Shown piece by piece: positions 33,391 through 42,453 of a stretch of 64,000 nt of DNA. Each line of letters opens with the position of its first letter. Position 1 is the first letter of the stretch. The position numbers and the translations under genes are program-made. The notes under the pieces were generated by a model. That model did not search any database and was not told the DNA's origin. It worked only from the letters and a program-made list of their open reading frames with translations. This DNA is from a virus. Where the stretch lies: IMG/VR virus record IMGVR_UViG_3300045988_152944, one strand, 5' to 3'.

Positions 33391-33894
33391 TTATACATTA
33401 GTAAATTCTGCCAATTGTGGCTTAAGTTTGTTATATAAATACTCAAGAGTGAGTGGTTTACCGTCATATCTACCACAGTTGACAGTGATTCGGTCGAGAA
33501 TAACTATTGGATCAGAAAGAAACTCGTCTTTGTATCCAAGTTCTATCAACTCTTGTTTCACACTGTCGGAAATAGAAATTACCGCCGGTTGCTGAGCAGC
33601 AACAATAACCGCAAAGTTTTCTACTGTATAGAGGACGCGCTCAATTTCTGCAGTATATTCGGCCTCTTCCTCGGTAAGGGATTCGTTTTCCTCGTTCTCT
33701 GCGACCAGTGTTAAATATCGATTATTGACATTCGACATGAATATCGATAATTCCTCTTCTCTTGCTTTTTCGCGTTCACGTTCTTCTTGGCTAGGGTATC
33801 GAGCCACGGCGACAAAAACGAAGCCGTTATAGACATAACAATCATCTTCTAATACCTTATAATATTGACTTGTAATATTTTCGCTGACTGCCAT
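33391..33894 (-). CDS. hypothetical acidic protein (167 aa)
   Basis: AGAGGTG RBS. Confidence 0.55.
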   Translation of the reverse strand: MAVSENITSQYYKVLEDDCYVYNGFVFVAVARYPSQEEREREKAREEELSIFMSNVNNRYLTLVAENEENESLTEEEAEYTAEIERVLYTVENFAVIVAAQQPAVISISDSVKQELIELGYKDEFLSDPIVILDRITVNCGRYDGKPLTLEYLYNKLKPQLAEFTNV

Positions 33895-33905
33895 AGATTC
33901 ACCTC

Positions 33906-34913
33906 TTAATAATAGATATTCGCCAACCCTTCGCCACCGTGACTTCCTGGGTTAGCTTGACCAGCAGTAAACCCTGCGCCAGCACCGCCACTACCTTGAC
34001 TACCAGGAGAAGAAGGTTTCTTTCGACTATCCCCATTTGCACCATTAGCAAATGCAGATGCTCCCCCGCCTCCGCCATAGTTATTACCACCAGATGTGCC
34101 ACCCGATTTACCACCACGCACAAAGGTAGTACTTTCAGGTTTGTCATAAGTTAATGTCGTAGAAGTTGTTCCTCCACCCTCGCGTTCTTTTTCAGCCCCA
34201 TAGCCTCCATTGAGCCCAGTACCGCCGCTGTAAACGCCAGGAGTTCCTTGACCATCGTCAGTCTTTCTTCCCTTGCCACCGCCATTAGCCTGTAAAATAA
34301 TGCTATCATTAGCATCATATAAGTAAGAAGTTCCACCATTGCCACCGTCTTCTCTGTTTTCTCCACGAGGACCAGCGTCTCCGACCACTATTCTTATATA
34401 TGAATTTTCAGGGAGTGCTATACCCGTGAAAGTATAACCACCGCCCCCGCCACCGCCGGAACACCAGACGGCAGAACTACCTGCTCCACCGCCGCCGCCG
34501 CCTTGAATTTCCACAAAAATATATTTTGGGTTGTAATTCAGGCGTGTTCCTGTCGCGGAATTAGCACTTGTTGAAAGCCAGGTCTCCCCGTTTACACGGT
34601 TTACATAGTGAGTTCCTGGCGATAACGTTGCTAATGGTATTCCTATTGGTCTACAACCTTTAAGGGCAACGTCGATAGGTTGTTCGTTTATTTTATATTG
34701 AGCGCAAGTGTTCGAACCTCCAAGGTGTGTCCCTGCGCTTGTGGGAAAGGTTTTTCCGATGGCGGTTTTCAACGGTTGTCCGTTTTTCTTAAATTTGGCA
34801 GTAGAATCGGTAAATTTACTATCTGTCACGCCGTATTGTTCAGCAACCGAAGTCTCGAACGTTTCATACATTTCGTCGATGTCGATGTTGTTTATCTTGT
34901 AGTTAGTTGCCAT
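33906..34913 (-). CDS. glycine-rich tail-fibre-type protein (335 aa)
   Basis: GGAGG RBS. The product contains long Gly runs (GGGGGGAGSS..CSGGGGGGGYTF, GGNGG, GGGGGAS), as in the glycine-rich domains of phage fibre proteins. Confidence 0.65.
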   Translation of the reverse strand: MATNYKINNIDIDEMYETFETSVAEQYGVTDSKFTDSTAKFKKNGQPLKTAIGKTFPTSAGTHLGGSNTCAQYKINEQPIDVALKGCRPIGIPLATLSPGTHYVNRVNGETWLSTSANSATGTRLNYNPKYIFVEIQGGGGGGAGSSAVWCSGGGGGGGYTFTGIALPENSYIRIVVGDAGPRGENREDGGNGGTSYLYDANDSIILQANGGGKGRKTDDGQGTPGVYSGGTGLNGGYGAEKEREGGGTTSTTLTYDKPESTTFVRGGKSGGTSGGNNYGGGGGASAFANGANGDSRKKPSSPGSQGSGGAGAGFTAGQANPGSHGGEGLANIYY

Positions 34914-34934
34914 TACAGTGTACCTCCAGTTGGG

Positions 34935-36062
34935 TTATTTCCCCAATTTTGCTTTATATATTTTTGACATTTCAGCTTCGAGCTTGGTGAGAGCACACCT
35001 TTGAAATGGCTTATTGATATCGCCGTACATATAATAACTATCCGCCGGACAAACACTGCAAACGCTCGAACATTCACAATCAAAACACTCTTTTTTGTAA
35101 TTACTAAAATTGCGACACTGCATTTGTTCTAAAAACGCAGTATTGGATATGCCCGTGTTGATATTACCAATAGGCACCTTCTTCGCCCCTTGGCTATCCT
35201 CACAGAATCTAAAGCAAATATAAATATCACCATTCCAATCAATTGCGAAGCCTGCTTTTGTCGCCAATCCACAAGTGCATATTTGCAAGTCTTTGGTATG
35301 TTCAACTTCTAATGCCGAAAGCGCCAATGGAGTGTTGGTAACTTTAATCCACTCAATTGTTTTTAACAGTTGCTGTCTATACTCTTTTAAGAACTTTTCA
35401 TCTGGGATGTAGTTGACATCAATACTGTGTTTAAGACGTGTGAAGCCTAGTGAAGCCAGATACTTACAACTCTCAAAAAAGTATTGAATGTTGTCAGGCG
35501 CGAATGTCAACTTTGTGGTTGTTTCGTAGCCAAAATCAACAAAATGTTGTTTAACGGCTTTTTCGACTTTGTCAAACACCGAATTGCCGTTTTTATCTCG
35601 TCGGCACTTGTCAAAACACTCGCGAGGTCCATCGATAGTTATCGCAAAGAGTAATTTATCTTTATATTTCTGAATGAAATCTTGGACATCTTTGTTGAAA
35701 TAAGTCGTGCCGTTAGTGTCAATAGCAATACAGCTACGAGACACAAGATCATAAAATTTGTGCTCGAGGCACTGGCGGAAAAAGTAATCACATATGTCAT
35801 TTACTATTGGCATATATAGAGTTACTTCTCCGCCCAGAAAAGTTAGCATCACGTTGTCAAAATCATCGCGCACCAACGCGTCGAAAGGTGTCGACTTGCC
35901 GAGTTTTCGGTCGATTAAACAGTCGATCACCTTTTTCGCGTCTTCGAGTTTAATGATTTGCTTTGCGTCACAATGTTGTTGGTAACAATAAGTACACCGC
36001 AAATTACAATTTGAAGTAATGTGAAATGTAATTGTTACCTGTTTATCTAATCGTTCGTCCAT
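34935..36062 (-). CDS. radical SAM enzyme with a SPASM-like C-terminal Cys-rich domain (anSME / Cys-rich-peptide maturase-like)
   Basis: The 375-aa product has CNLRCTYC (CxxxCxxC) at residues 18-25 and a FLGGE SAM motif. The C-terminus carries CTCG...NGDIYIC and CFDCECSSVCSVC...C auxiliary-cluster motifs. Confidence 0.8.
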   Translation of the reverse strand: MDERLDKQVTITFHITSNCNLRCTYCYQQHCDAKQIIKLEDAKKVIDCLIDRKLGKSTPFDALVRDDFDNVMLTFLGGEVTLYMPIVNDICDYFFRQCLEHKFYDLVSRSCIAIDTNGTTYFNKDVQDFIQKYKDKLLFAITIDGPRECFDKCRRDKNGNSVFDKVEKAVKQHFVDFGYETTTKLTFAPDNIQYFFESCKYLASLGFTRLKHSIDVNYIPDEKFLKEYRQQLLKTIEWIKVTNTPLALSALEVEHTKDLQICTCGLATKAGFAIDWNGDIYICFRFCEDSQGAKKVPIGNINTGISNTAFLEQMQCRNFSNYKKECFDCECSSVCSVCPADSYYMYGDINKPFQRCALTKLEAEMSKIYKAKLGK

Positions 36063-36364
36063 ACCAACACTTCTCTTTTTATAATTAAGCCATCGTATTG
36101 TGGTTCGATGCGCACCATGTTGGGATAATAAAATTGCAATAAATAAAACAACTCTTCTGTTTTTTTACGATATGCCTCTAACGTATTTGTGTAAAATTTA
36201 AAAGCATCGTCGAGCGTTTGTTGAGTCACACCCAGTTGTTGTTTGGTTGCGTCTGTTAGTTTAAACAACCAATTGTAGTTATTGACACTATCGCTTAATT
36301 GTGTTGTTAGACGCAATAACTCATTATAGATATTATCTGTTAATACATAAGTAATCGACTGCAT
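36047..36364 (-). CDS. small helical protein (105 aa) between the propeller and radical SAM genes
   Basis: GGGAG RBS. Its 3' end overlaps the radical SAM gene start by 16 nt, consistent with translational coupling. Confidence 0.6.
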   Translation of the reverse strand: MQSITYVLTDNIYNELLRLTTQLSDSVNNYNWLFKLTDATKQQLGVTQQTLDDAFKFYTNTLEAYRKKTEELFYLLQFYYPNMVRIEPQYDGLIIKREVLVWTND

Positions 36365-36378
36365 AATGTTCTCCCAAA

Positions 36379-38415
36379 TTAAGACTCACACAGACCAGAA
36401 AACGTTGATGTCCCACCACATACAGCAATTTGCTTCAAATTTGTGCTACACCGAATATTACAAATGTTGTGACGTGCTGAGGTGTTACACGACGAACAAG
36501 ATACAGAGTGGCTCACATCAATGGTGAGTTGTCCATCCTCGGTCACCGTGTAGGATTGTCCAAAAATTCTATAACTGTCGAATCCGCTCGAATAACTTTG
36601 TGCCTTAACATACAATGTGTCACCATAATACCCAACTATTTGCTGGCCATCAGCGGACGTCGACGCTACATTTATCACATACGAGCTTTCACCACCGGAA
36701 GAATCGTAAACCGCACTCGGTTCTTGCCCTTTTGCATTACTCGAACGATAAATGATGACATTAATATTAGAATTGGGAGTCCCAGTTACTTTGATGGTAA
36801 TAGTATATGGTTTAACCCATTGACAAGTATCACCTTTGTAGAAATAATGGATGGGGATTGGGGGTTCGAGCTGATATTGAGCGTCATTGTAGGAATAGTA
36901 CATATTAGTGCCATCGGTCCAAACGTATGCACCCACAAACTCTGTGGCACCCTCCCATGTCTGCGCATTCCAGGCGGATGTGGCTTTGTGCAGTTGATAT
37001 ATACCAGAATAATATATACTAACCCCATCGGTCCACACATTAGAACCATAAAAATTAGTCAACCCACTCCACGTTTTCTGATTCCAAGTCGAAGTGGATT
37101 GATCCAACTGGTACTGATCCGTACCCAAGGAGTAATATATATTCTCACCATCGTTCCAAATGTGTCTTCCATACATCCCTGTAAAATTAAACCACGTTTT
37201 TTGAGTCCACGTAGACGTGCTGGTATTAAGCTGATACTGGTCTGTACCGCCCGAATAGTAAGTTATAGCCCCATTGGACCAGATGTGATCACCCGTAATT
37301 GATGTGAGCTCTCCGTTCCAGGTTTTAGGACTCCAAGTCGATGTTGCTTTGTCTAATTGATATTGGTGTTGATAAAACGAATAATAAATATCATCTCCCA
37401 CAGCCCAAATATACATCCCGGTAAATTCTGTTAATCCTGTCCAACTCTTTTTGTTCCAAATTAACGAGGTTTTGTCCAGTTGATATTGAGTCGTGTTATA
37501 TGAGTAATAAGTGTTATTTCCATCTGTCCAAATATGTTGTCCCACGTTAATTTTGAACTCTTCGTACCAAGTTGTTTCGTTCCAAGTAGAGGTGGTTTTG
37601 TCAAGTTGATATTGTTTGGTTACATACGAATAATAAAAATTGCCACCGCTCGTCCAGATAGTGGCGCCGGAAACTTTGGTGAACCCATTCCACGTTTTGG
37701 GATTCCAAGTCGAAGTAGATTTATCTAACTGGTACTGGTCGTTAGACGAAGAGTAATATATATTTTCTCCGTCGGTCCATACCCCGCTTCCGGAAACTTT
37801 GGTGAACCCATTCCATGTTTTGGTGCTCCAAGTAAACGTGGATTTATCCAATTGATAGTGAGTGGGAGCGTTGAGGCCATCATAAAAAGAATAATAAATA
37901 TTAGTGCCGTCGGTCCAAACATAAGCGCCATTAAAATTTGTTAGCCCATTCCAAGTTTTTGAAGTCCACGTTGAAGTGGCTTTATCCAATTGATATTGGG
38001 CTGTGCCTAATGAGTAATATATATTTCCACCATCGGTCCAAGGCCCATAGGCTCCATCCAAATTGGTAAATCCACTCCAGTTTTTTTTATTCCAAGTCGA
38101 TGTGGTTTTATCTAATTGATATTGTTCGGCGTCACTGGAATAATATATGTTTTCTCCATCGGTCCAAATCTTTGCGCCATAAAACTTTGTCAATCCTCCC
38201 CAAGTCTTTTTAACCCAAACAAACGTTGTTTGATCTAATTGATAATGTATTGTGTCCCAGGAATAGTAAACATTATTGCCGTCGGTCCATATATTTTCCC
38301 CGCTTATTCCTTCTCTATCCCATGGCGTTTTCCACATAATTGGTGTCACTGTACCAACCATATTATTATTCGCCTCAATGCTTTTTATTAAAACGTTATT
38401 TGCTTCTAATGCCAT
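36379..38415 (-). CDS. tail-fibre or receptor-binding protein with ~12 tandem propeller-type repeats and a 6-Cys C-terminal tail
   Basis: The 678-aa product repeats the unit W(T)DG.NIYYS...QYQLDK.TSTW..KTW.G.T.F.G about 12 times. The last 41 residues are SCSSCNTSARHNICNIRCSTNLKQIAVCGGTSTFSGLCES. Confidence 0.75.
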   Translation of the reverse strand: MALEANNVLIKSIEANNNMVGTVTPIMWKTPWDREGISGENIWTDGNNVYYSWDTIHYQLDQTTFVWVKKTWGGLTKFYGAKIWTDGENIYYSSDAEQYQLDKTTSTWNKKNWSGFTNLDGAYGPWTDGGNIYYSLGTAQYQLDKATSTWTSKTWNGLTNFNGAYVWTDGTNIYYSFYDGLNAPTHYQLDKSTFTWSTKTWNGFTKVSGSGVWTDGENIYYSSSNDQYQLDKSTSTWNPKTWNGFTKVSGATIWTSGGNFYYSYVTKQYQLDKTTSTWNETTWYEEFKINVGQHIWTDGNNTYYSYNTTQYQLDKTSLIWNKKSWTGLTEFTGMYIWAVGDDIYYSFYQHQYQLDKATSTWSPKTWNGELTSITGDHIWSNGAITYYSGGTDQYQLNTSTSTWTQKTWFNFTGMYGRHIWNDGENIYYSLGTDQYQLDQSTSTWNQKTWSGLTNFYGSNVWTDGVSIYYSGIYQLHKATSAWNAQTWEGATEFVGAYVWTDGTNMYYSYNDAQYQLEPPIPIHYFYKGDTCQWVKPYTITIKVTGTPNSNINVIIYRSSNAKGQEPSAVYDSSGGESSYVINVASTSADGQQIVGYYGDTLYVKAQSYSSGFDSYRIFGQSYTVTEDGQLTIDVSHSVSCSSCNTSARHNICNIRCSTNLKQIAVCGGTSTFSGLCES

Positions 38416-38422
38416 AACTCAC

Positions 38423-38974
38423 CTATGTGTTTAAATATAATGTGTCGCCCTCAACGTACATCTTAATATGTCCCAACGTCGTTTGAGTGGCGACGGTGTT
38501 GATGTGGGCTGTTAGTTCCGATTTCAACGCGAAACTGCTTATATCGGGAATGTCGGGTTTGTTTAGTAAATCGTTGTAATCACCGGTCGTTGCAACTTGT
38601 GCCAAAGTAGGAATATCACTCTTAAATGCGAGTTCCTTAAAATTTACATTATCACTACTATATACAGGATTAGTCGCACTTCCTCTTAACCTTAATGGTA
38701 TGCTTTGGTGTCCTACGATCAAAACTCCACCACTGCGCCCAAACAGCGTTGAATTGCTTTCGTTCGTAATTTGACCATTCGACGTCAATATCATTTTAGA
38801 TGCTGCCGCTCCATCACCGCCTGTAAGCGTCAGTGGGCTTGTCAGCGTTCCGCCACTTAACCCATCTATTGAAGTGGGGATGTCGTTAACATCTGCCTTG
38901 GAGGTTAACCCCTGATCAACATATTGCTTAGTAGTAATGTCTAAACTCTCTGTGATCTCACTATAGTTTTTCAC
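38423..38974 (-). CDS. tail fibre protein (183 aa)
   Basis: AAGGAGGTG RBS with a GTG start. TTKQYVD and TGDYNDLLNKPD are motifs typical of phage tail fibre proteins. Confidence 0.65.
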   Translation of the reverse strand: MKNYSEITESLDITTKQYVDQGLTSKADVNDIPTSIDGLSGGTLTSPLTLTGGDGAAASKMILTSNGQITNESNSTLFGRSGGVLIVGHQSIPLRLRGSATNPVYSSDNVNFKELAFKSDIPTLAQVATTGDYNDLLNKPDIPDISSFALKSELTAHINTVATQTTLGHIKMYVEGDTLYLNT

Positions 38975-39026
38975 GTGGTGTCACCTCCTTGGGCAATAAA
39001 TGTGTAATTTTATTTAATATATATTT

Positions 39027-39067
39027 ATTATACATAGTGTTAATTGATTTGTCAACTTAATGTGACA
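39027..39067 (-). promoter_or_regulatory. sigma70-type promoter with perfect consensus (TTGACA-17-TATAAT) inside the tail module
   Basis: Minus strand reads TGTCACATTAAGTTGACAAATCAATTAACACTATGTATAAT. Confidence 0.8.
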
Positions 39068-39071
39068 GAAA

Positions 39072-40565
39072 TTATCCAATGATTACCACTTTAAATGTTT
39101 GTGCGGTAGTGGGGGCGGTCGCAAACAACAATTTCACTTTGTTATTCATGGTGTAGGTGTCTACCATAACCAGCTCGTCGACCGTATCTGCTCCAACCGT
39201 TTGATTCTTGAGATAAACCTGAACGCTAACATCGGCACCCAGTGTATGAGCAACATCAAATGAAGTTTTGCTACCATCCCCCGTGATAGTTTGCACGACT
39301 TTTGTGGAATAATTTTCACTCGATGCAGCGGTTACTCGACCTTTTTCATTAACCGTCACAGTGTTATATGTGCCCGCCGTTACGCCAGTATTCGACAGTG
39401 TGACATTAATATCTTTGTTTGCACTTCCGTCGAAAGTAGTCGAACCAGTTGCATCTCCTGTGAGTGCAATTGTTCGCGCTGTCTTAAGTTTATCGGCCGT
39501 TCCCGCTTCGTTGACTCTGGTAATACTCACATCACCTATTTGACCATTGACACTCGTGACAGCATCGGTGTTATCAATTTTTTCCCACCTAGTTCCTGTC
39601 GAAATAATCCAGTCACCCGTCTCAAAACCAATCCCCGCAAACGTCCCGCTTGCTTGACAAATGAAATAAACACCTTCCATGTCTTGCCAACCATATGTGT
39701 TGGCTGCTGTGCTTGTTACAGAGTTTACAATCGCAATCGAAGTTGCTGTTATGTTCTTTTTTGTTTTTAAGCTATCGGAGGGTGAAATAGTGGTTGTAGT
39801 TGCAACCGTGGAAGCATTACCACCATACATTACTTGCCCAAGCAAATAATCAGGCAATTGGCTTGTAATAATCTTACTGTTGGCATCCAGTGACGCAACA
39901 CCACTCGCTTTACCTTTCCCCAAAGTTGCGGGAGTGATAACTTTTGTAGTGTCAGTACCATTGTTTACTTCGTCTTGAGTAGCCAACTGAACAACGCCTT
40001 TCACTGTTGTAGAAGCATTAACACCACTCAAAGTAAAAGAATTGCCTGGTGTCGTACTACCGCCTGTGATACCATTAGAGGTCTGAATTGTGACTTTTGC
40101 AGAATCTATCGCACTTTGTTTGGCCGCCGCAAGTTGTTTTGCATTGATAGCACGAGTAGTATCGGTACCCGCTGTGGCTTCAGCATCAGTAGCTAATTCA
40201 ATAACACCCTTGGCTGAATCTGTTGCATCAGGCAGAGAGATTTGATGGGTGTGACTATTTGCTGTAACGCCATTAGAACCGTAAGTGTTAGAGCCAGAGC
40301 CCGAAGCTGAAGGAGTACCCAAGCTAATAGTAACCGTGTCTGTTCCTGAACTGGTCAAACCATTGCCCGCTACAATGGATTTCACCGCTTCCGCTGTGAT
40401 ACTTACCCACGCGGTTCCATTGTGGTATCTATACCCATTATCTGTGGTGTTGTAATAAATTTGACCAGCTTTTCCCGACGAGGGATCGCTAGCCAAGTTT
40501 TGAATTACAGCATTTTCCAGTTGGTTTTGTTGTAAATTTAATCCGTTAAACCATTTTTGACTCAT
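39072..40565 (-). CDS. tail fibre protein (497 aa)
   Basis: AAGGAG RBS. It contains the repeated fibre motifs KGVIELATDAEATAGTDTTRAINAKQL and KGVVQLATQDEVNNGTDTTKVITPATL. Confidence 0.7.
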   Translation of the reverse strand: MSQKWFNGLNLQQNQLENAVIQNLASDPSSGKAGQIYYNTTDNGYRYHNGTAWVSITAEAVKSIVAGNGLTSSGTDTVTISLGTPSASGSGSNTYGSNGVTANSHTHQISLPDATDSAKGVIELATDAEATAGTDTTRAINAKQLAAAKQSAIDSAKVTIQTSNGITGGSTTPGNSFTLSGVNASTTVKGVVQLATQDEVNNGTDTTKVITPATLGKGKASGVASLDANSKIITSQLPDYLLGQVMYGGNASTVATTTTISPSDSLKTKKNITATSIAIVNSVTSTAANTYGWQDMEGVYFICQASGTFAGIGFETGDWIISTGTRWEKIDNTDAVTSVNGQIGDVSITRVNEAGTADKLKTARTIALTGDATGSTTFDGSANKDINVTLSNTGVTAGTYNTVTVNEKGRVTAASSENYSTKVVQTITGDGSKTSFDVAHTLGADVSVQVYLKNQTVGADTVDELVMVDTYTMNNKVKLLFATAPTTAQTFKVVIIG

Positions 40566-40579
40566 AATACTCTCCTTTT

Positions 40580-41152
40580 TTAGTTCAGATATGCTTTACC
40601 GCTGAAAGCTGCCGAAAAACTGATTGTTAATTTGTTTTTATCAATATAGTTGACTTCTGCTCCACCAACGATGTCCCCCGCGCTAGTAACCACGCTCACA
40701 CTAGGATATTTGTCCATATTGTGATTGATAGTCCAAGTTGCGGCTGGAGTGCTTTGCAAATGTGTGTATGTGGGGGCGGTTTGGGTGATTTGATAATAAT
40801 TGTTGACCACAGTCCCCTCAGAATTATTGTTGCCAACATTCTCATCGGCCACTTGTTTACTCAAGGGCTGATTATCGGCATACGACGGTCCTAATTTAGC
40901 AATAATGAACGCATTAGCTAAATTATTACCAATCTTATATAAAATGCCGTAATCACCCATCTGAAATTCATATTTTGAAGCGTTCACGACGTTTCTGACA
41001 CGAGTGTGCTCATCGGGTACGATTGTGACATCTAACGTGTAGTCCTCATTAACACCAACCACCTTACAATAGATAGTTTGATCAAGTGTGGACACTTTGT
41101 CGTCAATCGTCCCCTTTAGCACATCTAGAAAGTCATAACTTGTTCTGTCCAT
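40580..41152 (-). CDS. tail or baseplate-associated protein (190 aa)
   Basis: GGGGG RBS. The call rests on position within the tail module. Confidence 0.5.
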   Translation of the reverse strand: MDRTSYDFLDVLKGTIDDKVSTLDQTIYCKVVGVNEDYTLDVTIVPDEHTRVRNVVNASKYEFQMGDYGILYKIGNNLANAFIIAKLGPSYADNQPLSKQVADENVGNNNSEGTVVNNYYQITQTAPTYTHLQSTPAATWTINHNMDKYPSVSVVTSAGDIVGGAEVNYIDKNKLTISFSAAFSGKAYLN

Positions 41153-41162
41153 AAATTACCCC

Positions 41163-42422
41163 CTAGATTCGTGATGCAAATGGTAAATTGCGTACGTTTG
41201 ATACTGTAATCGACATTGCGCCCGAATAGTCCAAACTACACGATACGCCCTGTAACAAAAACCTCTCGTGGTCTAATCCGAAGAACTCATCCGTGATTTC
41301 GATCAAATTATTAACCGACAGCAGAGGATTAAAACTAATATTTGTACTTACTGACGACTTGAGAATCAATTGTTTTCTCAGCTCATATTTTGCCCTGTCG
41401 TCAGCCAAACTTTGCGACGTAATGTTACTATCGTTGACAACCGGCCCAGTTCTGTAACCAATTCGTTGATAGCAAAGCGGTGAAGTTGGATCGTCATTTT
41501 CTGCAATTGCAGTATAAACTTTTCCATCCACTGTTGCGCCTATAACAACGACACGGTTGACAATGCTATTAACCTGTAATCCAAACGACAGCCCTGAAAA
41601 ATCTCCATTGCTGTCAGTTAATTCACAGATAACAGGTTTGTCTATATCCAGCGTGGTTTCTTGTGTCGGTAATATTGTTAAATTACCATTAGAATTATAA
41701 AACATTTCTGCTGACAACTGGTTAGCCAATTCCAGCAAAATACTACCGAGAGTCTCACCCGCAGATTTGCTAATTTTAGATTGAGTTTTCTTCCCTTTAA
41801 AACTTGAGTGATAAATAATGGGGGCCGGATCCAAAGGGTATCCATTACCCTTTGAACCGAGCAAAATCCCTCTAATTGTATCTTCAATGTCTGTTCCTGT
41901 AGGAATCTCATAACTGGTCTCAAGTGTACCAGGTTTCCCCTCGAAAATCGAGAACTTGTCACCAGTCTGTACGGCGACGGTTTGGGAGTCTGGATCTTCC
42001 GACGGTGTCAGTGACGAGGCCACATAAACACCGCTGCGTTTCCAGATAATGCTCCCGTCATCTTTTTCAATACCCAAGTCGAGGGCGAATTTAGTTTCCG
42101 CCCATAGGGTGTTGACCGAGGGGGTATATTTTTTATCCGTATTATAGAGTGAAAACGATAACGAACGACGTTGACCATTTTGATATTGTTCACTATAAGA
42201 CGAACCACTTAATAGAATATCTTCATCGGGAATTTGATAATCGACTGTTTCGTCGGGATGAAGAAGGAAAATTCTATATCGGGGGCGCAAAATCGGAGAG
42301 TTGATTAAATCGTTAAGCTCTGGGATACTCACATTAGAATCTAAGTAAGTATCCCCACTCATAACACTTAATGATAATACATCTCCGCTCGCTAAACCAA
42401 TAGTTTTTATAATTCGAGCCAT
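41163..42422 (-). CDS. baseplate or tail structural protein (419 aa)
   Basis: The start was moved to ATG 42422 (MARIIKT), preceded by AGGAGGTG. The ORF-track extension to 42578 overlaps the upstream gene in another frame. Confidence 0.6.
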   Translation of the reverse strand: MARIIKTIGLASGDVLSLSVMSGDTYLDSNVSIPELNDLINSPILRPRYRIFLLHPDETVDYQIPDEDILLSGSSYSEQYQNGQRRSLSFSLYNTDKKYTPSVNTLWAETKFALDLGIEKDDGSIIWKRSGVYVASSLTPSEDPDSQTVAVQTGDKFSIFEGKPGTLETSYEIPTGTDIEDTIRGILLGSKGNGYPLDPAPIIYHSSFKGKKTQSKISKSAGETLGSILLELANQLSAEMFYNSNGNLTILPTQETTLDIDKPVICELTDSNGDFSGLSFGLQVNSIVNRVVVIGATVDGKVYTAIAENDDPTSPLCYQRIGYRTGPVVNDSNITSQSLADDRAKYELRKQLILKSSVSTNISFNPLLSVNNLIEITDEFFGLDHERFLLQGVSCSLDYSGAMSITVSNVRNLPFASRI

Positions 42423-42453
42423 TTTGCACCTCCTAAAGAATTGAAGAAAAATT

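Noticed and set aside
33899-34366. Alternative-frame minus-strand ORFs (33899-34147, 34151-34366) inside the glycine-rich gene
   Set aside because: They are artefacts of the GGN-rich repeat sequence. They have no RBS and lie nested in the 335-aa ORF, which does.
58-39067. The TGTCA-N8-TGACA palindrome purely as a repressor operator
   Set aside because: At several sites the palindrome extends into 11-12-bp stems followed by T-tracts, which is better explained as an intrinsic terminator sharing sequence with the promoter. An additional protein-binding role cannot be excluded and is noted under findings.
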